Source: Guillardia theta CCMP2712 (taxonomy: Eukaryota; Protista; Cryptophyta). Taken from it: a stretch of DNA of 58,656 bases. The DNA lies in NCBI RefSeq assembly GCF_000315625.1, contig NW_005434444.1:1-58656 (forward strand). The letters run 5' to 3'. Below, one piece after another: positions 26,017-37,731 of the stretch. Below the pieces are notes generated by a model. That model was not told the origin of the DNA, did no database searches, and saw nothing but the letters and a program-made list of their open reading frames with translations. Position numbers and translations under genes: made by a program. The first letter of the stretch is position 1, and every line of letters begins with the position of its first letter.

Positions 26017-26467
26017 ATGGCCGAGATGGAGGCAGCCATGACAAAGCTCGAGCTGGAAGGGGAGGGAGGAGCAGCATGCAGCATCCGCGAGCACACGTTC
26101 ATGGAAGTGATAGAGGACGTGAAGGTGTACTACCAGCTGCTTCTCATGAAGGACAGCATTTACGTGTGGATCGGTGCCTCCTCGCCGTCCATGAAGAATC
26201 TTGACATGGCGATGCCTTCGTCTCTCGACCCCCTTCCTCTCTCGGTGACCCTCATGGGGGAGGGGAGCGAGTCCATCGGCTCTTCTCTTGCCCGCCGGCT
26301 GTCCATGCGGCTCAAGGCGCAGGTGTTTGTGAGCTACAACCTTCCTTCCTCCATGCCGGCGCTGCAGGGGCAGGCGGAGAAGCGTCTCTTTGAAGAGCTC
26401 AAGGATACGAAACTGCAGGTGAGCAGCCTTGCGATCGTCCGCCACTGACCGAGCCCTGCAGCTGTGA
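26017..26467 (+). CDS. PSMG4: Proteasome assembly chaperone 4
   Basis: YYQLLLMKDSIYVWIG, NLDMAMP, SLARRLSMRLKAQVFVSYNLP, AEKRLFEEL; terminal intron 26419-26461 then CTG TGA. Confidence 0.9.
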
Positions 26468-26679
26468 GCTTGAAGGAGCGGGAAAGTGAGACAGTGATGG
26501 AGATGGGAAGAAGAGAGCGAGAACGATGGGGAGACGAACTTCGATCACAACAAGTCATGCGAGGAGAGGAGCACAAGGAGCAAGACGAGGAGGAGGAGGA
26601 CGTGGAACATAAGGAGGAGCAGGAGGGACGGTGTAAATAATCTCTTAGGTGAATCTCAAAAATCAGCAAGGACGAGAGT

Positions 26680-29600
26680 TTAAGGAGAAGAGCTCTGAAC
26701 CTCGAGGATGCCCTGCGAGTCCTTCTTAATCTTGTTCGGCCTCCCTCCTCCCGATGGCGTCTGCGGAGGCCCCCTCCTCGCTTCCATCTGCACTCCTGCC
26801 GGCTCGTCCTCGACTTCCTCCACCCTCGTCGCCTCCCGAGCCGCCTCGGGCGAGTACTCCCTGCTCCCGAAGTTCCTCTCGTGGGGCTGGCAGATCTTGA
26901 TGTCAAGGTTGGAGGTCGAGGGCAGGTGCTCAGCTGGGTACAGGGAAGGGTTCTTGACCACTCTCCTGTAGTAGTCGTCGATGTTGGGGAAGTACTGCTC
27001 TTTGCAGTACTTGTAGAAGAGGATGGGGAGGGTGCACATGGATACCGTGACGATGGAGCTGAGCCAGAACAGGAAGCCCTTTCCCAGCTCGTAGATCACG
27101 TCGTACACGTTGTCCTGCGTGTCCCAGCTCCCGAGAGATTCGGGGGGGAAGCCGTTGTAGGACACGAGGAAGAGGTACCAGACCAAGATCGAGCCCACGT
27201 ACACAAACCAGTGCATCCAGGTCCATGAGCGAGTGTGAAGCCCCATCACGATCGTTACTGTCCAGATCACGTTGGTCAGCACCGTCGTGCCTGCCCCCCA
27301 GAGATCTTGGTTCCTCCCCGAGCTGCCGTACGTGTTCAGGTCCAGCATCTCCAGAGTCACAAAGTAGAGGACGGTGGCGTGCACGATGGCGCCGACGATG
27401 AACATGCTGAAGCGGGCGAGGGAGAACCTGACGTTGAAGTGACCGGCACTGTACAGCTCGGGATGCGCCCGGACGACAGACGGGTGGAGGTCGCGGTCCA
27501 GTACGGCAAAGAACATGACGGGGAGAGACGTGAAGACGAGGTTGTAGAGAGCCTGGTAACCATCGTCGTAGAGCGGCTGGTGGAAAGTCAGAGCAGGCGA
27601 GAGAAGAGGAGAAGAGGGAGAGAGGGAGAGGAGCGAGATAAAAGAGACCAAGGAGAGGAGAAGACGATGAAGGGAAGAGGTGGTGGTGGTGAACGAAGAG
27701 GAGGAGAACGAGGGATAGAGGAGAAAAGCTGACCTGAGCTGAAAACGCGTTGTTCAGAGAGAACCAGAAGAGGGTAAAGGCATAGGAGATGTTCTTGTAG
27801 AAGAAGTAGCAGACCATGGTACCGATCCTGTTGTAGCTCCACCTCCCATGAATCAGCAGCAGCCGCTCAAGGTACGCGAAGCGAGGCAGCGCGTAGTCTG
27901 ACGCAAGCACCGCCTGCTGCCCCTCCTTGCCTCTGATCCCTATCCCAATATGCGCGGCCTGAATCATGCTCACGTCGTTGGCTCCGTCTCCGATCGCCAG
28001 CGTAATCTGACCGGGGATGTTGTCCTTGACCAGCAGCGTCATCTGAGCCTTCTGCGACGGCGTCACGCGGCAGCACACGACAGCCTTGCATCGGACGCTT
28101 GCTTCCAGGAAGAGAATCTTGAGCTCCGGAGTTGCTGCTGCCCTCAAGCAAGTCCCGTCGATGACCAGGGCCCACCCCCCGGGCTTGGGGGTCTGGGTGA
28201 GCTTACTGAGCTCGATGATCTTCCGCTTGACTCGCTCCTTGAGCAGCGCGTCCTTGAGTTTGCTCTCGATGCTCAAGAACTCGGCGTAGCTCTGAGCGTC
28301 GTTGCCCTGCTTGATCCGAGAGGCAATCTCCTCGACCTTGGAAAACACTTCTGCTCCTGAGGAGTTCTGCTTCCCACTCTTGCAGATCTCCTGCACCAGC
28401 GGCGCATTCCTATGGTGCGAAGCATCAAGACAGCGGGTGAGGTTCTGCTCATGCTGCGACGCATCCTTGCTCCACCCAGGGTCGTCAGAGAGCATGTCGT
28501 CTTGACTGATCCTGTTGAGCGGCTCCATCTCTTGCGTCAGGAGAGCAGTCGCAAACCCGATGTTGATAGCTGTCTCCAGCTTATCCCCGGTGAGGACCCA
28601 GATCTTGATCATCGCCTTAGCTAGCTGCGAGATGCACTCCCCGACATTCTCCTGCAGCTTGTCCTCCAGTGCAGTGACTCCGTGCAGGGTTAACGAGCGT
28701 CTGCGGCAGAGTGAGCACAAGGACAAGACAAGCACGACGAGCTTACTCGTGGGGAGTGGAAGAGTCGAACAGAACTGACTCGCAGCCATCCGCTGTATGA
28801 TGCTCCTCCAGCTCACATGCCAGCTGAAGAAGAAGCCATCAGCCCACCACCCACGTCCACAGCGGATCGTGACAAGGAAAAACTCGTTTGCGACCCAGCA
28901 AGGGAGAAGGCAGACAAGGAACACACAAGGGGCGGCGAGGAGGAAGGGGTGCGGGGTAAGGGGAAAGGACGGAGTTGAGACAAGTGAGGCGGATGTATAG
29001 AGGACAAGAGTGACCTGTCTCAGCGCCTTCTCTCGCCCATCGCTGAGCAAGGAGGCTTTCTTGAACCTGTCGTTCCAGGCGGAGTAGTATTCAGGTTCAA
29101 GAACCCTTCCCGCAAACACCAGAGTGCGCAGGCCCTGCTCGCCGAACTTGTCGACCTGCTGCTGAGTTGACTTGTAGTAGGGGCACGCGTTGACGTCGAT
29201 GAAGGGCATGACACTCGTGTCAGCGCCTTTGATGAGGAGGAGGATGTTGGACTTGGTCTCGTCTGATATCACGACGCTCGTCCTCTTCCTGTTGTTGTCA
29301 AACGCATTGAAGTTCAAGACGGTCCATTTCTTCTCGACCCCCTGCCCCACAGGCCCGTCGGACGTCTTGATGTGAATGTCTTTCATGTTGCGCCGGCAGA
29401 AGAAAACTCCTGCAAAGACGAGCACAAGTCAAAACAATGATGGAAGAATGACATCAGTTCGGCATGTTGACACTTACCAAGATTCCTGGCAGCCTGCACG
29501 AAAGCTCCTTCATCAGGCGACTCGGCCTGGTATGCTGGTATGTCGGACCCCTCGTTGTACTCTACTTGAGCATTGTGGTTGACCGCCATGTTGAACAGAA

Positions 29601-31429
29601 AGTCTTCGATGATCTTCCTGTCCTGGCTCTCCCGCCACTTGCCTGACAGAGCCAGGAAACAGTCATCCTTACAACGGGACCACTCCTTCTCTCCTCACCC
29701 CCCATCAATCGATCGTCCACGAACTTGAAACCTGGATCAGCACCTGCAGCACGGACAAGTCAAGCACGAGCAAGCACCGTCGGTCGTCGTCTACCAGGTG
29801 GAGGCAGAGGATCGTCGGGCAGGTCTCTGCCTTGTCTTCGAGCGATGGCTCGTTCGACCTCACAGTAACCTTGACCATACTCGACACCGGCGATGCTGCA
29901 CTTCTTGAACTCCATCAGGTTTTGGGTCAAAGTTCCTGTCTTGTCCGAGAAGATGTAGTTGATTTGCCCTAGCTCCTCGCAGAGTCCAAGACTGCGAGCC
30001 TTGGAAGGAATGTCGTCTTCCTCCGCATACATCTCCCGGTCGCTGCTGATCAGGATGGATATGACCAACTTCACCATCTCCACAGACACGTAAAGGGAGA
30101 TGGGAACCAACAAGCTGAGAAGAATCAAGAAACTGAAGAAAGACAGGAACCCGGTCGTTCCAGGCTTCTGCACATTGAACGAGATAGAAGTGTTCTGGGG
30201 GCTGAGGTACCAGGCTCCCTTCAGTTCTGATGAATTGTTCATCGTACCTGCTCCTATGGCCCCGACAAGACACAGGATACCAAGGATCGCAAGGATCCCG
30301 ATGATGTAAACATTCAGCTTTCTCTCGATGTTGCTCACTTTGTTCGGAGGGTCAGTCATGTTCATTTGGATCTTCGTTTCCTTCCCAGTGTAAACGGCGA
30401 GGCCGATGCACCACTTTGTGTTCTTCAGCTTCGTGCTTCGTTGCATGAACTGACCACCGGACGCTCCTCCCGTCAGCGGGATGTCTTGACCCTCCCACTC
30501 GATCCTTGCGTTGAAGTCGTACAGCAAAGCATCCGGAATGTGACAGTTGACTTTGACTTTCAAGGTTTTCAGCTTCGCAAGATTACAATCCACAGAGTGC
30601 CCATCGACCTGGTGAGGCTCTCCAACAAGGTGCTTGTGAAGTGCCTCGGGAGCTTCTCTGATCTTCAAGTTCGTCTCCCCGTCCAAGTTTGCTGTTTCAA
30701 GGAAACAAGTCCCGTCCACCGACGAGGTGCACAACAGCGACAAGTCTGCAGGCACCATGGGAGGACAATCGTCGTCGCCAGTTTTCACCCGAACGATACT
30801 TCCTACAGCCACCTGCTTCCATGGCACCTGCTCGAAGTCACCTCTATCCCAGTTGAACACTTCGGTCACTCGGCTGTTCTCTTCAATGTCGGATTTGTAT
30901 CTTCTATAATCCTCACTTGCATCTTTGATTGCAGAAATCGCCAACACAGATATCAAAGGAAACCAGTACGTTGTTCCCGTCACGGGGGATAGAGGAGTAG
31001 ACGCTAAGATGGCGATGACAAGAAAGTAGCAGTTTGCCAGCCGATGAAATTGCAAGAACAAGTTCAAGGGAAGGAACGTGACGATTGTGTATTTGTTGGT
31101 CTTCACGTAGTTGCTCTCAAAGTGCTTGTGCGGGTCCGGTGGACATTCCACCTCCCTGCAAGAAAGTCAACAAACAACTGTAAATTGCACACTCAGCATT
31201 CAAAATTCACCTTCTGTCATTCGCTTCACTGTCATCGGCAGTTGCAGGATAGTCTTTGCCTGTGAAGGAGGGGAGAGAAAAGTTACTCTTCATGGTTCCT
31301 GCAGCCTTTTCAAAGACTGTCCGTTTGACGGCCTGGTTGTGATTGATAACGACTTCGGAGTATTTCACTTCCGGCTTTTGAATTGCTCCAGGAAACATTA
31401 TGAACAAAACCAGCAGTCCGGCGCAGCAT
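26680..31429 (-). CDS. P4-ATPase phospholipid flippase (alpha subunit moiety), probably the C-terminal part of a CDC50 fusion
   Basis: NYVKTNKY, LDGETNLK, PISLYVSVE, FSDKTGTLT, AESPDEGA, KGAD, EDKLQ, LTGDKLETA, VVCCRVTPSQK, IGDGANDVSMIQ, YFFYKN, TM7-10 segments. Confidence 0.97.
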
Positions 31430-32772
31430 CTGAAGATATCAAAATTCATGATTCAAACAAAGCATGCGTGCCAATTAGAATCACAGAACAGAAGCAAAAC
31501 TTGGGGTAAATCGAAGAATGAAAGGAAAAATCAATAAGGACTACTGGAAGGAACACAAATAGTAGGTTTTGCGATTAAGCAGACTTGAGGCTCTCAGGCA
31601 CGAAAACTTACACAAGTGTGATGCAGCCGACGGCCAATGTCATCGCACCCACAAACTACTGAAATTTTCAGGATTGCTGCTGGCCATGGCACGAAAACAA
31701 TCCTCACCGTTCGATCCGTTCCGAAGGTGTTTGCATTTGTCAGAACAAAGCCTTTAGTCCCTCTGAAGCTTGCAACAGGAAAGTTGACATCTGATGGAGA
31801 CGGTCAGGAAAGGGGCATGAAGAGACAGGGTCACTTACTGATTGAAAGACGGTACGTGCCTGCTTTCAGACCGTTCGGAATTATCCTGTGAAGCTTCCAG
31901 AAATCCGGTGATGCCGCTGGTCTCATCCACACCATGAAATCCTCATCCGAAACATTATGCCAACAGTTGTAACGTCCCGCTGGGTTCGCAGTACCCCTCA
32001 AAGTCTCTGAAAAGCCGCTTAGGCTGAAATCATAGCCACCCAAAGAATAACAGTTCTGCTTTAGCCATGCCTCACTTTGACTTGCGTAGCGGCCTTTCAA
32101 TCCAGCACGTGATGATATTCCCTCTTTGGTCCAGGGGACAACATTGGAGTTGGAGTCTTGAAGTAGAAATGTATCATTGAAAAAGCTCAGGGCACCGAGA
32201 CCACAAGGGTAGTAGTAAATCTTCTCTTCTTTGCCAGCGATCGACTCTGTGTAAGATTCAAGAGGCCAACACCCGCTGAAGGAACCCGTCGATGGTACTC
32301 CAGCAGCATCCACAGTCCATTTGTCTCTGTATTGAACTGGATCCTGCGAAGCGACATATCGTCGATGATTTTGGAAGAACTTCGTCAGCGTGTAGTAGAA
32401 GTAAACAGGTCCAGGGAGGTCTTCCTGCAGGGTGAAGGAAATCGGAGGGTTAGACTGGGTGACTTGGTTTCCGCAGACTGATCTCTCTGTTGGTGCGCAT
32501 CTACATGCAGAGCTGGGATTTTGAATGCATTTGTCTAGATCAAAATAAACGAGCGGGGAACCATTCGAGGGGAAAGATTTGATATGCGACCGCTGGCTCA
32601 AAGCTATTGATCCAATAATCAGAAGTATGAGCCCGACAAGCAGGAAGGTTGAGATCACGCATGGACCAGTGAACACAAGCTGTTGTACGGGGGCTCTCTG
32701 TTGCAAGACTATGTTCTTGCTTGGGGCTTTTGATTTCTTCTTATCGTGAGGGTCTTTGCTCTGAGCCGCCAT
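31346..32772 (-). CDS. CDC50/LEM3 family flippase beta subunit moiety (TM2 is completed by an exon that continues into the P4-ATPase)
   Basis: QQRAPVQQLVFT, TM1 (VISTFLLVGLILLIIGSIAL), VYFYYTLTKFFQNHRRYVASQD, YPCGLGALSFFNDTF, EDFMVWMRPAASPDFWKL, NFPVASFRGTK, TM2 FVGAMTLAVGCITLVCCAGLLVLFIMF. Confidence 0.93.
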
Positions 32773-33686
32773 GGCTGAAATGAAGAGCATATTTTTTGCC
32801 AAGGTTCCCAAGAGCTCAAGAGACCCTGCACACGTTTAGACGGGAGGAGGACGTGAATGGAAACGCGCGGCCTCACCGGTTCTCCAAGGTTACGACTCGC
32901 CCTGGCACATCAGATCCCCTCCGAAAGTCCCAGCATCTTTGCGCAAAGCCTCTTCAGCCGATCTGAATACCCGAGGGTGAGTAAGCAATAATTTCATGAG
33001 ACATTCTCTGCCCCATGTGATTTCAGACTCTTCCGTCGCAATTCAATCGTAAATTCCCTTCTTCCAGTCTCTTCCCCAATATAATGATACCTTGAAAGTG
33101 ATCTTCCCCCTACACTCTGTCCTGTCCTTCCCTTCCCTGCCCTTCCCTTCCCTGTTCTTCTCCGTTGGTTACCTCTCCAAACCCGACTCGTTAGTCGCCT
33201 CCTTCTTTCTCCCTCGTCCTCCTCCCTGTCTTCGCTAGAAAATATTTCCCCACATCGTCAACCATTCCTGTTCCGCCAAGCTCACCCCACCCCTCCTGCC
33301 TAACCCTTTCTGACTTTACGAGCACATGTACCCCCATCAGTCCCACCATTCACCCCCTCCAATCAGAGATATGACCCCTGATACTGAAGTTGAATGACCT
33401 GAACCATACTACCCACCACGTCCCCCTTTTCCATTACCGCACCAATCACCCCGTCCCCTTTCAAAGACCCCTACATATCCATGGTACTACCCCATGCTTG
33501 CGTTCCCACTTCTTGCCTCCTGTCGCCTTCACCCCCGCAAGGTCAGCAGACCACCCCTACGTCATACGCACATTCTTGGTTCCCCTCGCACCCCTACCCC
33601 CACTGTGTACCCATGGAATTAATCTCTCGCACTCCCCCTAACCACCCCTACCCCTGGGTCGCATACAACAATCACCTGGCGGTTTT

Positions 33687-33960
33687 CTATTAACTAAACT
33701 TTGGTGTACTTTACTACTGGTTACCAACAAACGGAAAACCGGTCCGTCGCAACTGAGTTCGGCCCGGCGACTCGATGATCGGACACAGGCTACTGTGAAG
33801 GCGGCCCGGGGCCCGCCGGGGGCCGGCGAGCCCGCGGCGGCGACGGCATCACTGAGGCCGCGACCGTGAACCGGGCGGCACTGGCCGGGCAATCTCTGAG
33901 TTGCCCTCTGACCTCACTGCCTTTGCTTTACTCCGTGACTAAACTCAACTAGTGCTCTAC
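33687..33960. other. GC-rich island upstream of the CDC50/P4 gene, with a minus-strand variant of the AAAGTTTAGTTAA motif
   Basis: taactaaactttg at about 33691-33703 is the reverse complement of caaagtttagtta; GC-rich core at 33730-33910. Confidence 0.5.
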
Positions 33961-34010
33961 TGAAATCAGAGTCACGATTCAATGCCCGATGATGATTGAC
34001 TTTGACTGTC

Positions 34011-37000
34011 TCAATGATTTTTCAATGATTTGAAGCTTTCCGTCACTGATAGGCCGCTTGGTGACAGCCTCGAACATGACTGAGTCAAGAACAGAATGAT
34101 ACATTCGTCATAAACGCCCGGCGCGAGGCAGATGATTGATTGGAGAGCCGGCTGGAAAGCTATGGTACTCAAGAGACGATGCAAGGGCTGCGAACAGCTT
34201 GGCCACAACTCTCGGGGCGGCACTGACAGGGTTGCTGACTTTGGCGAGGTGATGGAGCCATAAATCATCCAGTTCTGCCATGTTTTTAAGACTTTGCTCG
34301 TCGTTGTCGAGCATTACGAACTACAAATAAAATTTCACTTGGCAAGGTTTGCCTCGTAACATTGTACACTGACTTTAACAAGCAAAGCGTCAACAGACGT
34401 AGCGTTCCGGTCATGAAGCAATGACATTGCCCACTGAAGTGAATCAAAGTATTTCAACACAGCTCTTAGATGGCGGGGTCACCACAGCAGTCATGAGTGA
34501 GTTGCTGGGCCTAACATGATACCGTACAAGTCGAGTCAGTCATGTGAAGGCCGACGTGAAGCTTTCTGCCTCCGCAAGACTTTAAACAACTTTCGTCATA
34601 ACTTTCTACTTGTACAAACGTTCAATCCACTTGAAAACTCTCAGGCGCCGGCCCTGCGGCTTCGCCACCTGCCGGCTCCTCCACTTCCACTTGCCCAGCA
34701 GGGCCTTGGTAGCGAACAGGATAAAAGGCATATGCAGAAGGCGAGGAAGCCATACGGATCATGGACTGTCCGGCAGGCATGGACGAGCTGATGGAGAACC
34801 TCGGTGGAGCTTGGAGCGCAACCGATGGTGGCCGCACGGCATGAACGCTGGACGCGAAGACAAGAGGTTTGTATCTCTCGCTGGCCTCTGATGCTGATTG
34901 TATTGCCGTAGAGACCGCAGAGTCTTCGATACGCTGAGAAGAATCAAAGTCATGGCCTACACGTGCTGTTGTGCCCCCACCATCGGCCTTACCTGGGCGA
35001 TCGCTCTCTCTTGCTTCTGATTCCCTCCACCCTTCATCGCCTTGAACTCTAATTCCTTGGTGGCCTTTTTGCAACCTCTCAATACACACACGAGCATGTC
35101 ACTCCTACCTTGGTCGCGCCTTCCACCGCTGCCTTCTCCGCTAAGCGCAAGCGCGCCAACCCCTTAAGTGCCTGAGACTTGATTGCGGCATCGACAGCAG
35201 TGCTTGTAGCGTCCTCGATCGATTGTCTCCAACGAGGATGGCGCATCTCCAGCATGATTCCTGTCCTGACTGACTGGTACACCGCAAACTTCACCAGGTG
35301 CAGCACATAGCTCCTGAGAGCTTGCTTGGAGAGCACAGCAGGGCCTGTCGTCAATCACAACACGAAGACTCAATGAGAGAATGGCCTAGTTACCTGCGGA
35401 TCCAGCAGAGATAGAGGCAGTCGCAGCACCACTGGAGGTCTCGATGTTCACCAGGGGCTGTGAAGATAAGAGCATTCAAACATCATGAAGGGCACTGGGA
35501 TGAAGACACCTTCGCAGACAAAGCACGACGTTGCACGGCGAGTTGTAAGGTTTGCGAAGCTTGCAACTGCATTGTGGTTTCAATATTGAGTTGCTAGAGT
35601 GAGAAATTCAGAACCTGAGACATGACCGACTCTATCGCTATCTCCTCAATCCTGAAGATTTTTCAGTTGATCTTCCCACCCCAATACAAATGTCAGCTCA
35701 TACTGCTTCACTTGGCTGGTTGCTTCATGCTTCCTGTCCTCAATTGTCCGTACAGCCTGTTTGATTCCATGTTAGCGAGGTTCGATCCGAACGATTCATT
35801 TCACCTGCTTTATCGCAGCAGCAACCGCAAACTTGATGAGTTGATCGCCATTCGAATCAGAATCTTGTACAGAATTCTCTTCATCAGCTGCCTTGCTTTC
35901 AGAAGGGTTGCTTGCCCCCTTCCCCTCCTCATTGTGAGTGTTTTCAGGAAGAGAAACAGAATTCTCCGACTTCTCTGCAGTATCTCCATCACCCTCGTAA
36001 TCCTCTAGTCTCTGTTTCCACGCAGGAAGAAAATTGTAAACTGCCTCCGCTGTCGCTGTTCCCCAATTGCCATTGTCGTTGTCATCTGCGCCATACGCGT
36101 TCTCAGCGTCGTTCAAACCTACGTAAGGTATCAGGGGATCAGAAGAGCAGAAACATCGAGAAACAACCTTGTTGAGCCTTCCTGAGCACCATGTCAAACC
36201 GGTCTTTCGAGGGCTCTCGGATGCCGTCGAGAGTGCGATCAGACGAGATTTGCATCAAGATCTCGTTGATCTGCCTTGAGACCTGAATCAAGTCATACAC
36301 TGCGAGGTTGTACTGAGCTTCGTGCAGATTCAAAGCATCAGTCTTCTCCGGGAGCTCGGCGATGACCATCCGGAGATCATTCGCCATTCTCATCGCAGTC
36401 TTCACAGACGCAAGTTTGCTTGTGGTGGTGGGTTCTGGTATCGTCTGTATCCCCAGCACTTTGATCAAGTGGTTCAGCATTGTCTCTGCGACGTGGATCT
36501 TACTGTTTGATGCCGCGACATGCTCGTCGTGCTGCATGCCGAGCAGTGATCGCTTGATCTCAAGTATTGTGTCGGATGCCATATGTGCGGCAGCTGCCAA
36601 GATCATGCCGATCTTGTAATTGTCTTGGAACCGCCTTCCTACTCTAGTCATCTTAGGCACATGCTCGGGCATCGCATTCGTATCTCCCTCGTTCTCCAAA
36701 ACCGACCAGGTGTCGTGATTCTCCCTCCAAACTGCCCTCGTAGCGATCAGGGAGGCAGACTGCTGTCGTCCAGAAAGGTAGAGAGTGGCTAAGATCGCTA
36801 GCGACAACGATGCAGCAACAACCGTGAAACGAGACAATCTTCCTCTGACGTGCCTCAGACCTGCTGCTCGGTTTCCATCAGCTGAAACTATAGGCAGTAA
36901 CAGCACGTCATTTCCAGGGGAAACTTGTTCTCTGACCAGGCAAACTTCCATCCCATCAGACTGTCTGTTAGCGCTCTCAGACGAGGGGAGTGGAGAACTG

Positions 37001-37023
37001 TTTCCTTCTTCGCTCTCTCTCAT
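34011..37023 (-). CDS. Hypothetical multi-exon type II membrane protein (may be more than one gene)
   Basis: 294-aa first exon with single TM (FTVVAASLSLAILATLYL), followed by further minus-strand open exons; no family recognised. Confidence 0.5.
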
Positions 37024-37731
37024 CTTTTCGTCTCCTTCCTCTGCTCCACCGCTTCTTTGCTTCTCCTCTACCTCGCCGCCATGGTCGGCATGACTCTATT
37101 TCCGGCTCGGGAAATCACAGACACACTGGAGCTAGCAGGAGGCGCGGTTCCTCTTTCAGCCGATGCGCCTCAGAGTAAAATATTGGGGACAGCTATGAAT
37201 TATTTCCTATTGAGTTGGTAGTTATTATCTGCTGCCCAAATTCATCCTGCGAACATGCAGCCTCGCAGCTGCCATGCCGCAACCCTTGACCTTGGTGGCG
37301 TTGAACTGCCTCAATGCTCCTCCATGCTCGGATGCGAAGCAGCCGCTCCTGCCATCTGCTCCTTGCAGCCGCTCCTGCCATCTGCTCCTTGCACGCTCAA
37401 CTTGCTTCAGCTCCTCTCACTCCTGACATACTCACATTTCTTCAACTCCTGTCTCCTGATCCTTTTTTCCTGTCGAACGGGCTGATAGCATTGGCTACTT
37501 GTCTGTTCTTTTGTCACCGCTACTCTTTGATTGATCCCATCACTGTTTCTTCCTGATAGCCTGTCTTCTGTGGGGCACGAAAGCAAGATTCAAACATTCT
37601 TCATCTTCCCTAGAAACGATTATTATCATATCCATTATGATAAAAGGAGGGAGGTCTAGCCTTAAGTTTCCGTCAGACATCTTCTAGCCATCCTCATATG
37701 TTATCAATCCTGACGTATGCTTACCGTAGGA

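Noticed and set aside
26930-27720. C-terminal part of the 831-aa ORF
   Set aside because: Intron plus out-of-frame sequence; the real TM7-10 exon is in ORF 26680-27651.
37339-37393. 26-bp tandem duplication; also imperfect repeats at about 48320-48460 and 52640-52775
   Set aside because: Ordinary local slippage duplications in non-coding DNA.
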